Source: Felis catus (taxonomy: Eukaryota). From it: DNA of 64,000 bases. The notes beneath the pieces were generated by a model. That model was not told where the DNA came from. It did no database searches and was given only the letters and a program-made list of their open reading frames with translations. The stretch lies in contig NC_058368.1 of NCBI RefSeq assembly GCF_018350175.1, positions 106,394,001 to 106,458,000 on the forward strand, written 5' to 3'. Positions 13,083 through 24,411 of the stretch are shown piece after piece. Positions within the stretch are counted from its first letter, which is position 1, and the number at the start of each line of letters is the position of its first letter. The position numbers and the translations under genes are program-made.

Positions 13083-13193
13083 TCTTTTTAATGTTTATTG
13101 TTGAGACAGAGACACAGAGGTGGGTGGGGCAGGGCAGGTGGTGGAGAGGGAGACACAGAATCTGAAGCAGGATCCAAGCCACCCAGGTGTCCC
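13083..13193 (-). mobile_element. CanSINE with large internal deletion
   Basis: GAATCTGAAGCAGGATCCA joined directly to AGCCACCCAGGTGTCCC. Confidence 0.85.
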
Positions 13194-13419
13194 ATATTAG
13201 TAATTCTTTAGAAGCACTCTTTGTGTTTCTTTTTTCTCCCTTCTTCCTCACTTTGAAAGTAAATTCTTATATCTAATATAATGAGTTTTCCCTGTTGTTG
13301 AACCTGATAAAAATTTTTATGTCCTCTAATATTGGTGTATTAATCTTCAGCTTTAGTGCCATTTCTGTCTTCCCTCATAGCTTTTTTTTTGCCCTCTTTT
13401 TTCTAGAAAAGTTATTCAA

Positions 13420-14330
13420 GACTTCATTTTTTTAGAGCATTTTTTGGTTTATAACAACCTTGAGAGGGAGATAGAGATTTTTTCTATACCCCATGGCCAC
13501 AAAAATGCATAGCCTGTTCCCCATTACTAACATCACTCACCAGAATGGTACTGACGGACTTAATTTTTATCAGGGATGAACCTACATCGTCATTACCCAA
13601 AGCCCATTGTTTATCTTCGGGTTCCCTCTTGGTGTTCTACTTTCTGTGGTTTTGGACAAATGTTGAATTACATATATCTGTCATTATAGTATCCTACAGG
13701 GTACCTTCACAGCCCTAAAAATCCTCTATGTTCTGCCTTGTCATTTCTTGCTCCCCCGCTTCCTCCCACATTCACCCCCCTGTGGCAACCACTGATGTTT
13801 TTGTTAGCCTAGTTTTGCCTTTTCCAGATTGTAAGATAGTTGCACTCCTACAGTATGATTGGCTTTTGAGATCTGCTGCTTGAACTTAGTAATATGTGTT
13901 TAAGGTCCCTCCTTGTCTATTCAGTCCAGGATAGCTTTTTTTTTTTTTTTTCTTTTAGCACCCAATGCATCCTATTGTCTGAGTTTCTTTCTTAAACTCA
14001 CCTGTTGAAGGGCACCTGATTGCTTCCAAGTCCTGATAATTATGAATAAAGCTGCTGTAAACATCCGTGTACAGTTTTCATGTAGACATTTATTGTCGAC
14101 TCCTTAAGGTAACTTAGGGGTGCATTTGCTGGATCATACGTAAGAATATGTTTAGTTTTGTAAAAAAAAGAAAAATAGGCAAATGTTTTCCCGAAGTGAC
14201 TATACCATTTCACATCCCTACCAACAGTGAGCTAGAGAGTTCCTGCTGATGCCTACCTCTATCAGCTCATGGTGGTGTCTTTGTTTTGTTTCGGTCACTC
14301 TAATAGGTGTGTGATGGTTTCCTTCATATC
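13420..14330 (-). mobile_element. L1MC1/L1MC2-like LINE-1 3' end
   Basis: GATGAACCTACAT..CATTACCCAAAGCCCATTGTTTA; GCCCTAAAAATCCTCTATG; ATGAATAAAGCTGCTGTAAACATCCGTGTACAG. Confidence 0.85.
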
Positions 14331-14555
14331 TTTAAGTCAAATACAAATGAATGCTTATTTTCCGGGTTAATCATATATACCTAGGATTTTTGCTTCTTTG
14401 TTGAAGCTACTTCATATTCTCAGCGCACTTGATTTCCCTGTTACTCTGAAGTTGCTTCTTAGTCTTTGCTTCATTCACTGGCTCATTCCATATATGTTGG
14501 GGTATGTACTATTAGTAGGTGCCATGTTTTATGCTGGAGATAAAAAGGTCAACCA

Positions 14556-14780
14556 GGGGTTGCCTGGGTGGCTAAGTCGTTTGAACAAGCGCCCAACTTC
14601 AGCTCAGGTTATGATCTTGCGGTTTGTGAGTTCGAGCTCCGCATTGGGCTCTGTGCAGACAGCTCAGAGCCTGGAGCCTGCTTTGCATTCTGTGTCTCCT
14701 CTCTCTGCCCCTCCCTCGCGTGTGTGCGTGTTCTCATTGTCTCTCTCTCTCTCTCTCAGAAATAAACATTAAAAAAAAAA
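14556..14780 (+). mobile_element. CanSINE
   Basis: Consensus body; AATAAACATTA(n) tail. Confidence 0.92.
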
Positions 14781-14899
14781 GTAAAAATTGACATGAACTT
14801 TAAAATGCAGATTTGAAAAATATTTTAAAATATCTTTTAACCCAACAACATGCCTGCTCCTTTGTTTTCCACCCCAATTCCTAAAAAAAAAAAAAATTC

Positions 14900-15500
14900 A
14901 ACGTTTTTTAATAGCTGATATCCAGAAAAGTATGCATATCATACCTGAATGTCTAAATGAATTCACAAAGTGGCCAAACTCACATAATCAGCAAATTGAG
15001 AAATAGATGATCAGTTCTTGAGAAGCACTCTTTGTTTTTCTGTCCTCTTTTTTCCCTCCCTTTGAAAGTAAATTCTGTTCTGGCGTCTAATACAATAGAG
15101 TTTTGCCTGTTGAACAGTTTTTTAGCGGCCCTGATATTAAGGAACATTGAATAGGACTGCCTCAAACGATCTTGGTATATCTTCTTGGTGGACATATGCT
15201 CAGATGTCCATTAGGTAGGTTAATAGGAATGGAATTACTATGTTGTAAGTAGTACATTCACAGAGATGTACTAGAAACTGCCAAACTGATTTTCAAAGCA
15301 ATTACATTCCTTTGCAAATGACTACTGATAATCTTGTATATGCACTTAACCGCATCCACCCACCCTGTTCACCTTTCTCCAAAAGTTATGAGTAATTTAT
15401 CTCTTCTGTTGAGTATATTTTTAACTTAATATCGCATGTGTATCCTCTGTGATCTTTAAGCAGTTTCCCTTATGTGTCTACTATGTCAGATGTAAATAGT
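14900..15500 (-). mobile_element. Ancient L1ME-like fragments
   Basis: GAGTTTTGCCTGTTGAAC; AGGAATGGAATTACT; AACTGCCAAACTGATTTTCAAAG. Confidence 0.55.
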
Positions 15501-15519
15501 AGTGACTAACATCATATTT

Positions 15520-16110
15520 TTTATATGAACTTATTTTGAGTTTTAGATTTGTAGAAACATTGCAGAGGTAGAAAGTACATTTCTCACTACTGTTAACTTC
15601 TTTATCATTTGTACAGTTGTCAAAAATGAGAAACCAACATTGGCACATCACTAATAACTAAATACCAGACTCGATGTGTGTTTCCCTAGTTTGCTTACTG
15701 TCCCTTTCTTGTTTGAGTTTCCAATGCAGGATACTGCAATTGAATTTACTCCTCATGTTTCCTTATTTTTCTTGAGTCTGCGACAATTTCTTGGTTTTCC
15801 CTTGTTTTCAATGACTTTGATGGCTTTGAGTGCTGTTGGATGTTCAGAAGAATCGTGCTTTTTCTCAGGATTATATTAGCATTAGGAGATCTGAGGAAGA
15901 ATACCACAGGAGTGAAATGTCCACGTCACGTCAGGGCCACATGACATGCCCAAGAAATCCCTGGTGATACTAGTCTTCATCCTTGGTTACAGTAGTGTTG
16001 GTCAGGTGTCTCTACTGTCAAGTTATTTTTCTTGTTGTTCTTACTTGATTCTTTGGAAACCAGTCATTAGGTTGAACCAGTGCACACTTTTAAATAGTGT
16101 GGTGGGCGGA
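15520..16110 (-). mobile_element. L1MC/L1MD-like 3' UTR fragment
   Basis: GAAACCAACATTGGCACATCACTAATAACTAAA; CAGGATACTGCAATTGAATTTA; related segment at 38510-38900. Confidence 0.6.
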
Positions 16111-16511
16111 GTTAAATAGTCTCCTCGCCTTGAGTGAGGGCAGGGCTCATGAATAGAAGGGGACAGCAGTGAAGGTGATGGCATAGTCCATCCTGTGACT
16201 GCTCTGCTCTGTGAGACAGAAGGGAGATGTTCCTGGTGGATTGAAAAAAGTAAGCCCCCTGTTGGGAGAGCATCACATGGTTAAGAACTGCGAGTGGCCT
16301 CTAACAATTGGGAGATTTTAGTTAATTTGTTACAGAACAATGAAAAATAAATGGCTCCAAATGACAGGAAATTGATACAAATACTTAACACATTTTGTTT
16401 TTGCTGTTGACACTGTCTTCTGGGCCTTGTCTGTGGATTGAAGCTAAATGTAGAAAAGCAATAAATCCAGGGCATTATTATCATGTATACTCTACTGCAA
16501 AATTTCTATAG

Positions 16512-16553
16512 GTGCAAGGATCCTATTTCTTACATTCTAAGCATACAAGCCAG
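16512..16553 (+). other. Candidate 42-nt internal exon of an unidentified gene
   Basis: aaatttctatag| ... CAG|gtgagt (consensus donor); frame-preserving; open as VQGSYFLHSKHTSQ or CKDPISYILSIQA. Confidence 0.35.
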
Positions 16554-17044
16554 GTGAGTATTAGTTTCTCCTACTCTATTGCTCAAAAATCAGACCACAG
16601 TTTAATTTGCTTCAGATTTGGTTAAAAATTTTTGTAAAAATTGTATTTAAAACCCTTTACTTTTTAAAAAGAAATACCCAAATCTCTCCAAACATTTAGT
16701 TATTTCTATTTATTGAATATAGTCAGGAGATTTTTATTTGAAGACAGACATTTTAAAGTGTGTTGACTCCTATTCTCACTTGGACTGTATCCATTCTAGG
16801 CCTGATGAACAAATTGCATTTTAAGATGCGATATATGCTAAGATATATAGAATCTGGATGGCTTATTACATAAAATCTCTTTTTATTGTTGAATTGCTTA
16901 TTAATCATGATCACTTTTGTTTATCTTATTCTTCTTTGTTACTGAGTATCTTCATATGGCCAATAATGAGTCATTATTTGCTCAAATTTAGAAATCTAAA
17001 ACTGTGATGATAGAATCTTGAAAAAAGAAACAACAAAAAAAAAT

Positions 17045-17164
17045 GTGGCACCAGGCTGGCCCAGTCAGTAGAGCATGCAACCCTTGATATCCGGGTTGTG
17101 AGTTCAAGCTCCACGTTAGGTATACAGATTACTTAAAAATAATAAAATCCTAAAAAAAAAAAAA
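17045..17164 (+). mobile_element. Short tRNA-like CanSINE variant lacking the (CT)n body
   Basis: GGCACCAGGCTGGCCCAGTCAGTAGAGCATGCAACCCTTGAT...GAGTTCAAGCTCCACGTT...AGATTACTTAAAAATAATAAAATC. Confidence 0.85.
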
Positions 17165-17367
17165 CCAACAAAAAAACCCCAAAAAACTGATGATAGCAAG
17201 TATTTGGTATGAGTTTCTGTTGTATATGTACATGTGCTTTACTCATTAGGACTCTCCCCTGAATGAGAATGCTGAGTGTAAAGGCTGTCTGTCTGTATTT
17301 CTCTGAGTTAAATCTTATTGACTAACAGTTCATGTGGTCGGAGCCAGAGAACTGCCTTGTAAATTAG

Positions 17368-17507
17368 GAGTTCCCCACATGCCAGAATGAGGACTTCTTC
17401 TGGAATATCCACACCCACAAAAGTACTGCAGCATTTTCCAGGCAGCTCTTGATACTCTGCACAGATCTTTGCAAGAAGCTAAGAGTGTCTTATGCTGCAA
17501 GAGGGAG
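17368..17507 (+). other. Candidate exon or alternative first exon (5' boundary uncertain)
   Basis: Strong donor GAG|gtaagc at 17507/17508 in repeat-free sequence; weak acceptors at 17328 and 17367. Confidence 0.3.
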
Positions 17508-19346
17508 GTAAGCTATGTGTATGTGTGTACTTGGCTGGTGTATTTGCTCTGTAGACAGACATGATATGAAAACTTGTATTTTATTTTACTCCTTTCATTC
17601 CTACGCTTTATGCTGCATGCACTGAGCTGGGGCTATTCAGGGGTTCCTCTGGGTAGTTTGGCTTTTACCTCCATTTTAACTCCTTTGTGGACTTTATTTT
17701 CATTAGTATATTTCCATGGACTTTCACAGTTGGAGACAATTATTAGTCTCTAATTCCCTCACCACCTACAATTCTCTTGACTCTTACAAGTTGATTTATT
17801 TTTGTGTTGCTTATTAGTGACTTGCCTCCATAGTTGTTTGTTTACCTGCTGGTAGCCGATGTTCTCGTGGACATGGGTTTCTTAATGGTAGTAGTTGCAG
17901 GCTTAATTTCTTGGGTTTTATACTTGGCCCCCAACTCTGCCTAATGCACCACTTGAGAAGAATGGCTTAATTTGTGTCTCAGCCAGGACACAATCAAGAT
18001 TATTACTGCTGTCTACTGCATAGAGTAATCTGAATATGACTTCATTTTCATTGCCATAGCATTTCTAAAACTGTCTTAGGATTTTAAAATAACCTTCTTT
18101 GTCTTAAAGACCATAAGCAGATGCAGAAAAATGCCAGCAGGCAGAGGTAAACTGAGAATATTCCAATGTTCCATCAACACGTCTTGAAAATTCTTCATCA
18201 GTCTCACTGGTGAGTGATTCCTGACCAACATCCAGAATGCTAGGCTTAGGGGCCAACAGAGAAGAAAAACAGCAATATAACGTTGCTAAATCCTGCCCCT
18301 TGGTATAACTTATCCTCAGTGTTGATTTCATGATGATTGCTTTTTTATAATTCTGTGACTAAATGAGAAGTTGATGAGTCATTACATAATTAAATAACCA
18401 TGAAACAGCAGGACGCATACTCTGGGCACTCTCAAACAGGCAGGACGTGTTTTCACTTCACTGGGTTGATAGAGGAAAGGTGACTCTTGGGGAAACTTTT
18501 TTTTTTTTTCTTAATACATTTTTTTAACATATAAAACATGTACATCTAGGGCTAAAGAGAGGACTCACATCAAACAAAGCAACATTTTTATTAATTGTAT
18601 AAAATTTTACAGGCTATTAAGCAAAGAAGAGGTACAACCTTTAAGCTTTGCTTTATGTCTTTCCACGATTTGGATTAAATGATCTTTTCCATCTAGGTCT
18701 GGGCTCTGTCTCTGGCAGAGACATGAAAAGATTATTGTGGGAGGGCTTGATTACTGTCATAACAGTGTCAAAAAATTACTTGAAGAGCCAAAATACACTG
18801 ATGATCCTCATTGATCATCAACATACATGAATCTCTATAAAACTTGAACATTTTTTCAGTAGTTAATAGTTCAGTTAAAAACAAATCTATAATGAAAAGA
18901 ACTATAATGCTATTACTGCTTAAATAATCCCTTTTTCATTGTATTTGATAGGGTACAGATGGGGTTCTCTGTGATGGGTCTCCCTTTTCCTTCCCCTCGT
19001 GTCTGCTTGATGACTTGAATGACCACTGTCCACTGTCAGGTTCAGGTGCTAGCAAGGATGGAAATGATCCCTATTCTGGTTTACTAAGGCTGATGGACTC
19101 TGGAGTTGTATTCACTTCCTTCTCTATATATTAGTATACCCACTAACTTGACCTTGCTTGGACTGTTTGTATCCGTATAGCTCTGGAGCACTCTCTCATC
19201 AGTTACACACTTGAATGTCCAGAGGTGTTTACTATGGCCATCTGCAAACTTCAATATCTAGTGAGATCATATCCAACACTGATTCTGACAAGGCCCTGTT
19301 TTTTATGCTACTTCTCTCTGAGATAAGCCTGCTGCTGGTGGTGGTG

Positions 19347-19555
19347 TTTTTTTTGTTGTTGTTTTTTAATTTCTGAGAGAGACACGGGAGTGTGAGATGG
19401 GAAGGGGCAGAGAGAGGGAGACACAGAATCCAAAGCAGGTTCCAGGCTCCGAGCTGTCAGCACAGAGCCAGACGTGGGGCATGAACCCACAAATGGTGAG
19501 ATCATGACCCGAGCAGAAGTTGGATGCTCAACCAACTGAGCCACCCAGGTGCCCC
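19347..19555 (-). mobile_element. CanSINE
   Basis: Consensus body. Confidence 0.92.
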
Positions 19556-19873
19556 AGTGTTGTTTTTTTGATACGAAAAAATTTTTTCTTGGTATCAGTT
19601 ACTCATAACAAAAATGTCTTCCCCTTCTCCAGCTTGAGTGTTTAAGATCACTTCCGGATAGACCCTCATTACTGACTTCTGAAAACAGAAGACTCCCGCT
19701 GCCTCTTGGCACTGCCTCCCTCTGCCACCTGCAACAGATGGTGTTTAAGTAATTTATAAAATCACTTGCCCTCCTGGTCAGTTACATTTCCCAAAACCAT
19801 TAATTTCTTTCTAATTTTCTCTTTCCTTAAAGGCAATGAAACTTGGATGGTCCTTGAAATATTTTCTTCACTT

Positions 19874-20082
19874 GGAGGCACCTGGCTCAGTCGTGACCTC
19901 TGCTCAGGTCATGATCTCATGGTCTCGTGAGTTTGAGCCCCGTTTCAGGCTCTGCCCTGACAGTGTGGAGCCTGCTTGGGATTCTCTCTCTCTCCCTATC
20001 TCTCTCTGCCCTTCCCTGCTCATGCTGTCTCTGTCTTTCTCAAAATAAGTCAGTAAACTTAAAAAAAATAAAATAAAAAAAA
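19874..20082 (+). mobile_element. CanSINE with head deletions
   Basis: GGAGGCACCTGGCTCAGTC...; A-rich tail. Confidence 0.9.
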
Positions 20083-20257
20083 ATTTTTTTTCTTCCCTTT
20101 GGGTAAAGCAAGTTCCAAGTTTTCAAGAGAGTATATGCTAGGACATACCTAAGCCATTCAACCTCGTGCCTAGGAGTTTGTTGATCCATACTCAAAGCAT
20201 AAGTAACTTAATTTCTAATACCTGTGTTTTAATTGGCCTTCATTTAAGGTGTGATTT

Positions 20258-20499
20258 GGGGCGCCTGGGTGGCGCAGTCGGTTAAGCGTCCGACTTCAGC
20301 CAAGTCACGATCTCGCGGTCCGGGAGTTCGAGCCCCGCGTCAGGCTCTGGGCTGATGGCTCAGAGCCTGGAGCCTGTTTGCGATTCTGTGTCTCCCTCTC
20401 TCTCTGCCCCTCCCCCGTTCATGCTCTGTCTCTCTCTGTCCCAAAAATAAATAAACGTTGAAAAAAAATTTTTTTTTAAAATAAAATATAAAAAAAAAA
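20258..20499 (+). mobile_element. Young felid CanSINE (SINEC_Fc-type)
   Basis: CpG-rich, near consensus; perfect TSD AAGGTGTGATTT at 20246-20257 and 20498-20509. Confidence 0.96.
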
Positions 20500-20657
20500 G
20501 GTGTGATTTAACGCAACCCTTCCGTATGTACCTTTTGTAGTCTGTCTTGATGTGTAAATCTTTTGAAACTAGAAGGAGTTAGGAGCACACATTTTGAGAA
20601 AAGTACCTTTAGAGTATAAGCAGTGATTAATACATGTTTGGAATGACCTATGCAGTC

Positions 20658-20799
20658 GAGGTTCTTAGGCAGAGGGAATATTCCCTATTTCATGTAGTTT
20701 GGTAATCGTCAAGTGCTGTATGTTGTTTAGTGTCTTAGAATTCCTAGGCAAGTTGCTGAAATTAATTTTTTTTTTTTTTACACCATAAAACAGTTGGTA
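20658..20799 (+). repeat. Dispersed local duplication, copy 2 (partner 5350-5481)
   Basis: See copy 1; this copy has a longer T-run. Confidence 0.92.
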
Positions 20800-21415
20800 T
20801 TTTATATTGCCCAAGATGATACTCAGCCTTTTAAAAAGCAATCTGGGAACGTTTGGTGACTGAGGAGCTCCTCAGGTCGGGGTCCTCTAACTTAACATTT
20901 TCATTCAGTGAACACTTCTTAGTGTCTTCTGGGTGAAAAGTACTGTATTGACTGCGACAGTTAAAGAGGTTATATTATCCTTGAACTAAAGCTGATGACA
21001 GTTGAGTAGAAGAAACCGTAAGAACTAAGCATGAGGTAAAACAGAAAGACTTGGTAGAGGTACAAATTTCCATGGATTCAGTGAGAGAGGTGCTATTGCT
21101 TGCATTTGGAATGATACCCAAAGCTATGGGAAGCCTGCATTTGAATTAAATTTGTACACCTCTCTTAGCAGCCATCTCTTGGTTGGAGAGGGGAGAATGA
21201 CGTATCTGTCTTACCTCACCCAACCAGCTTCTAGTCTTGTTTGTAACCTAGGTTTCTTGCCCTGTACAATTAGTTTTAAGGAACTAATTTTGTACCTCTT
21301 GAATTCCTTGCTAAATTGGGCATGGAATGCAGAACATAAAATAGGTCTTGAACTTTTTGTGGGCAACACAAGAAATGCCTTGACAGTTGTTCGAGTTTTC
21401 CATTTTTTTAAAGGA

Positions 21416-21601
21416 TTTTTTTTTTTAATAGTGACCCACGTGTGCCAACGGAGTGGGGGGAGGGGTAGAAAGAGAATCTTAAGCAGGCTCCATGCCCAGT
21501 AGAGGAACCAGACATAGGGCTTGATCTCATGACCCTGAGATCATGACCTGAGCTGAAATCAAGAGTATGACCCTTAACCGACTAAGCTTCCCAGGTGCTC
21601 C
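21416..21601 (-). mobile_element. CanSINE (older)
   Basis: GAGAATCTTAAGCAGGCTCCATG...GAGCTGAAATCAAGAG. Confidence 0.88.
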
Positions 21602-21607
21602 TGAAGA

Positions 21608-21654
21608 AATTATGGAAATAAACATGAGGTATAATTATGGAAATAAACATGAGG
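21608..21654. repeat. Tandem duplication, 22-nt unit, period 25
   Basis: AATTATGGAAATAAACATGAGG twice, exact. Confidence 0.9.
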
Positions 21655-21812
21655 AGCATTTAGAAGTTTAACTTGAGTTGACAAGTTAACCTCATATCTA
21701 TTTATAGCGAAGGTAAAAGTGACAGAAGAATGAGGAATCTGGGTGTGTTTGTGTGACCAGGATCTCAAGAATAATGTCATTTTGTCCATTTTGTCATTGT
21801 GACATGGTCTGT

Positions 21813-22014
21813 GTTTTTTTTGTTTTGTTTTTGTTTTTTTTTTAATATTTACTTCTGAGAGAGAGAGAGAGCTAGAGAGAGCGCACACAGGGGAGGGGGC
21901 AAAGAGACAGGGAGACACAGAATCTGAAGCAGGCACCAGGCTTGAAACCACGAACCATAAGATCATGACCCAAGCTGAAGTTGGACCCTTAAATGACTGA
22001 GCCACCCGGGAGCC
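21813..22014 (-). mobile_element. CanSINE
   Basis: Consensus with internal deletion; (GTTTT)n tail. Confidence 0.9.
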
Positions 22015-22991
22015 TCTTGATGTGTTCTGTTAGACATCAGTAATCTTCTACTTACTTGCCTGCTGACCCATTCAACTGCTTTACGGTGCTGTTTCATTAT
22101 TATTATTAACAGGTGTATAAGAAGGCAAAATTAAAACCAAATAAGTGTAAAGACCTCAAGGCGGGTGGAGTATAGTGGGGGTACAGCTAAGTGGGAGGAG
22201 GCCACATTTTCAGATTTTCAGCTGCTTATTTGTGGATATGTAGGGCTTCTAGTTTTGTTGTGTTCAGTGTGGCCTATTTAATATAATCAGGGTACGTTTG
22301 GTTCTCTCAAAGGTTTCTTTCCATTGTTAAATTTCAAAAGCTTTTAATAATTTTATAAAGCTTATAAAGACTAGTCCTTTTATGTTTTGGTAAAACCATT
22401 TTTTAAAAAAATTTAATGACTGATGCTACCTTGAAGCCATCTGAGGGTTCTGGGCTATGGATAGCAGAAATTAATGATGCCTGACTTGTCTAACTTCTGC
22501 AGGTGGAGCAGTGTCTTTGGATCAGGCGCCCTCTGGGTTGAAGTTTATTAGAGTATGAACATTCTACTGAGCTATCGCTGTGGTACCTAAAACAGCTTCT
22601 TTTCAGAAGGATTGGGCCTCTTCTTTGGTAGCTGACTCAACAGGCAAATGACTACTCCCAGGGCACATTAATAAACACCCATGTTCTTGGCTGTTGTGGA
22701 TCTGTGAACCAATAGTACCCTTGAAGCAGGGATATTATTAAGCTGAGCAGCTTCGAAGTCTACTCGGGTTTGCAATTAAGCAGTACTAAAAATTAATAAA
22801 AATTATAGGTATTAAAAATGAAGGTAGTAAGCTATAGCTATTGACCATTTTGTAAATTTCAGCATTAAATAATGTTTTATATATATATATGATTATAAAT
22901 AATATTACAAACTATCCTCCGGTACAAGGTAATCGTTTACTTTTAACCTTTAACTGGCTAATATCTAAGGATTTTTTGGTTTTCTGCATAG

Positions 22992-23063
22992 TGAAATAGA
23001 TGGTGATACAATTCTAGCTTTACCTGAAAATTCTGTTTTACCCGAAAAAAGGTTCCCAGAAAA
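22992..23063 (+). CDS. Candidate 72-nt symmetric (phase 2-2) coding exon, (x)EIDGDTILALPENSVLPEKRFPE(K/N), host gene unidentified
   Basis: Branch-like ttaac/ctaat, then ttttttggttttctgcatag acceptor; AA|gtaagt donor; only one frame open; repeat-free context. Confidence 0.45.
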
Positions 23064-23339
23064 GTAAGTTACATATTTCTTAAATTTTAATAGAATGGCT
23101 CTTAAAATTATTTCACATGATATCTAAGGCATGAAGCATTGAACATTGTTTAGCTGAAATTCCAAAAGAGATGGCAATTTAAAGGAATGTTTGCTCTGTA
23201 ATAAACCTTGGGTCAGAGGTAGCCTCTGGATATTGCATTCTTAAGATAGGATCTAAGGATTTGCCCTATATTTGCACTATAAAATGTTTTATTAAAGTAC
23301 TGGTATGTTGGAAAAAATACCTACAGTGGATTTGGTAAG

Positions 23340-23615
23340 ATGATTTTACACGTAAACAACCCTGGCACTCTTGATCTTTCGTACTCTGGTTTACTTTTTC
23401 TTTATACTTTTTCTCAAATCACTTATTAACTACTAGACTGTTACTTTACTAATCTATCATGTGTACATATCACTTCTTTCTCTCCATGGTAGAATATAAG
23501 GTATGTGCCAGAAGAGATCTTTCTCTAGTATGTTCATCTACAAGCATCTCCAACAATGCCAAGAGCATTGTAGTTATTCAACAATAGATATTGTTGAATG
23601 AATGAATTAATAAGA
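23340..23615. mobile_element. L2 3' fragment
   Basis: TAGAATATAAG...ATTCAACAATAGATATTGTTGAATGAATGAAT (L2 terminal repeat). Confidence 0.65.
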
Positions 23616-24198
23616 ACAATGGGTTTTTTTTCTCAAAAAGCATCATTCTTACATGTGCTATAATTTTTATTTAAAATTTGCTTAAGATTAGATCTTTAAA
23701 ATACACTATGGGAGCTTAAGTTACTAAAATACTTATTTCAAATACTTATTCCAAATTCTGTTCTAATATCGTTTAAATATTGTGTACTTTTTTATGAAAT
23801 AATCTTAGTTCCTTTATATTTCATGCTAACATTTTAAGAAAAATGGATTTAAGACCTAGAATTGACAAATCACAAATTTCACTTTTAAATCAACAATTGC
23901 TATTTTTACTGATCGCAGCCAATTTCTTTGTTTCCTACTTTAAGGCCCCAGAGTATTTCTCTTAAAGACACACTTAAATTCCTCTGGAAGTAAAAGGTTA
24001 TACTTGACAGGAGAAAGAGAAATTATATTACCTATAAGGTATACTGCTCTAGAAAAAATGAGAAATTTTTTATTACTTATATAAAAATACACACAATTGG
24101 AACTTTCTAGTCAATATTTATATTTTATATCTAAAAGTCTTAACACAGTTTGCTTTAATAAGGGCTGCCTGAAATGGTGCTTTTAAAAATGCAATGAA

Positions 24199-24411
24199 GG
24201 TGGGCACCTGGGTGGCTCAGTCGGTTAAATGTCTGACTTCGGCTCAGGTCATGGTCTCAAGGTTCATGGGTTTGAGCCCCACATCAGGCTCTGTGCTGAC
24301 AGCTTAGAGCCTGGAGCCTGTCTTCAGATTCTGTGTCTCCCTGTCCCTCTCCTGCTTGCTCTGTCTCTCTCAAAAGTAAATAAAAACTAAAAATTCAAAA
24401 AAAATTAAAAA
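24199..24411 (+). mobile_element. CanSINE
   Basis: TSD AAAAA(T/G)GCAATGAAGG. Confidence 0.93.

Noticed and set aside
17045..17125. tRNA-Lys-like sequence as a tRNA gene
   Set aside because: Diverged, and continues into the SINE-specific AGATTACTTAAAAATAA tail; it is a short CanSINE.
18325..18406. ATGATGA with TTTCATG/CATGAAA terminal stem as a C/D snoRNA
   Set aside because: No CTGA D box.
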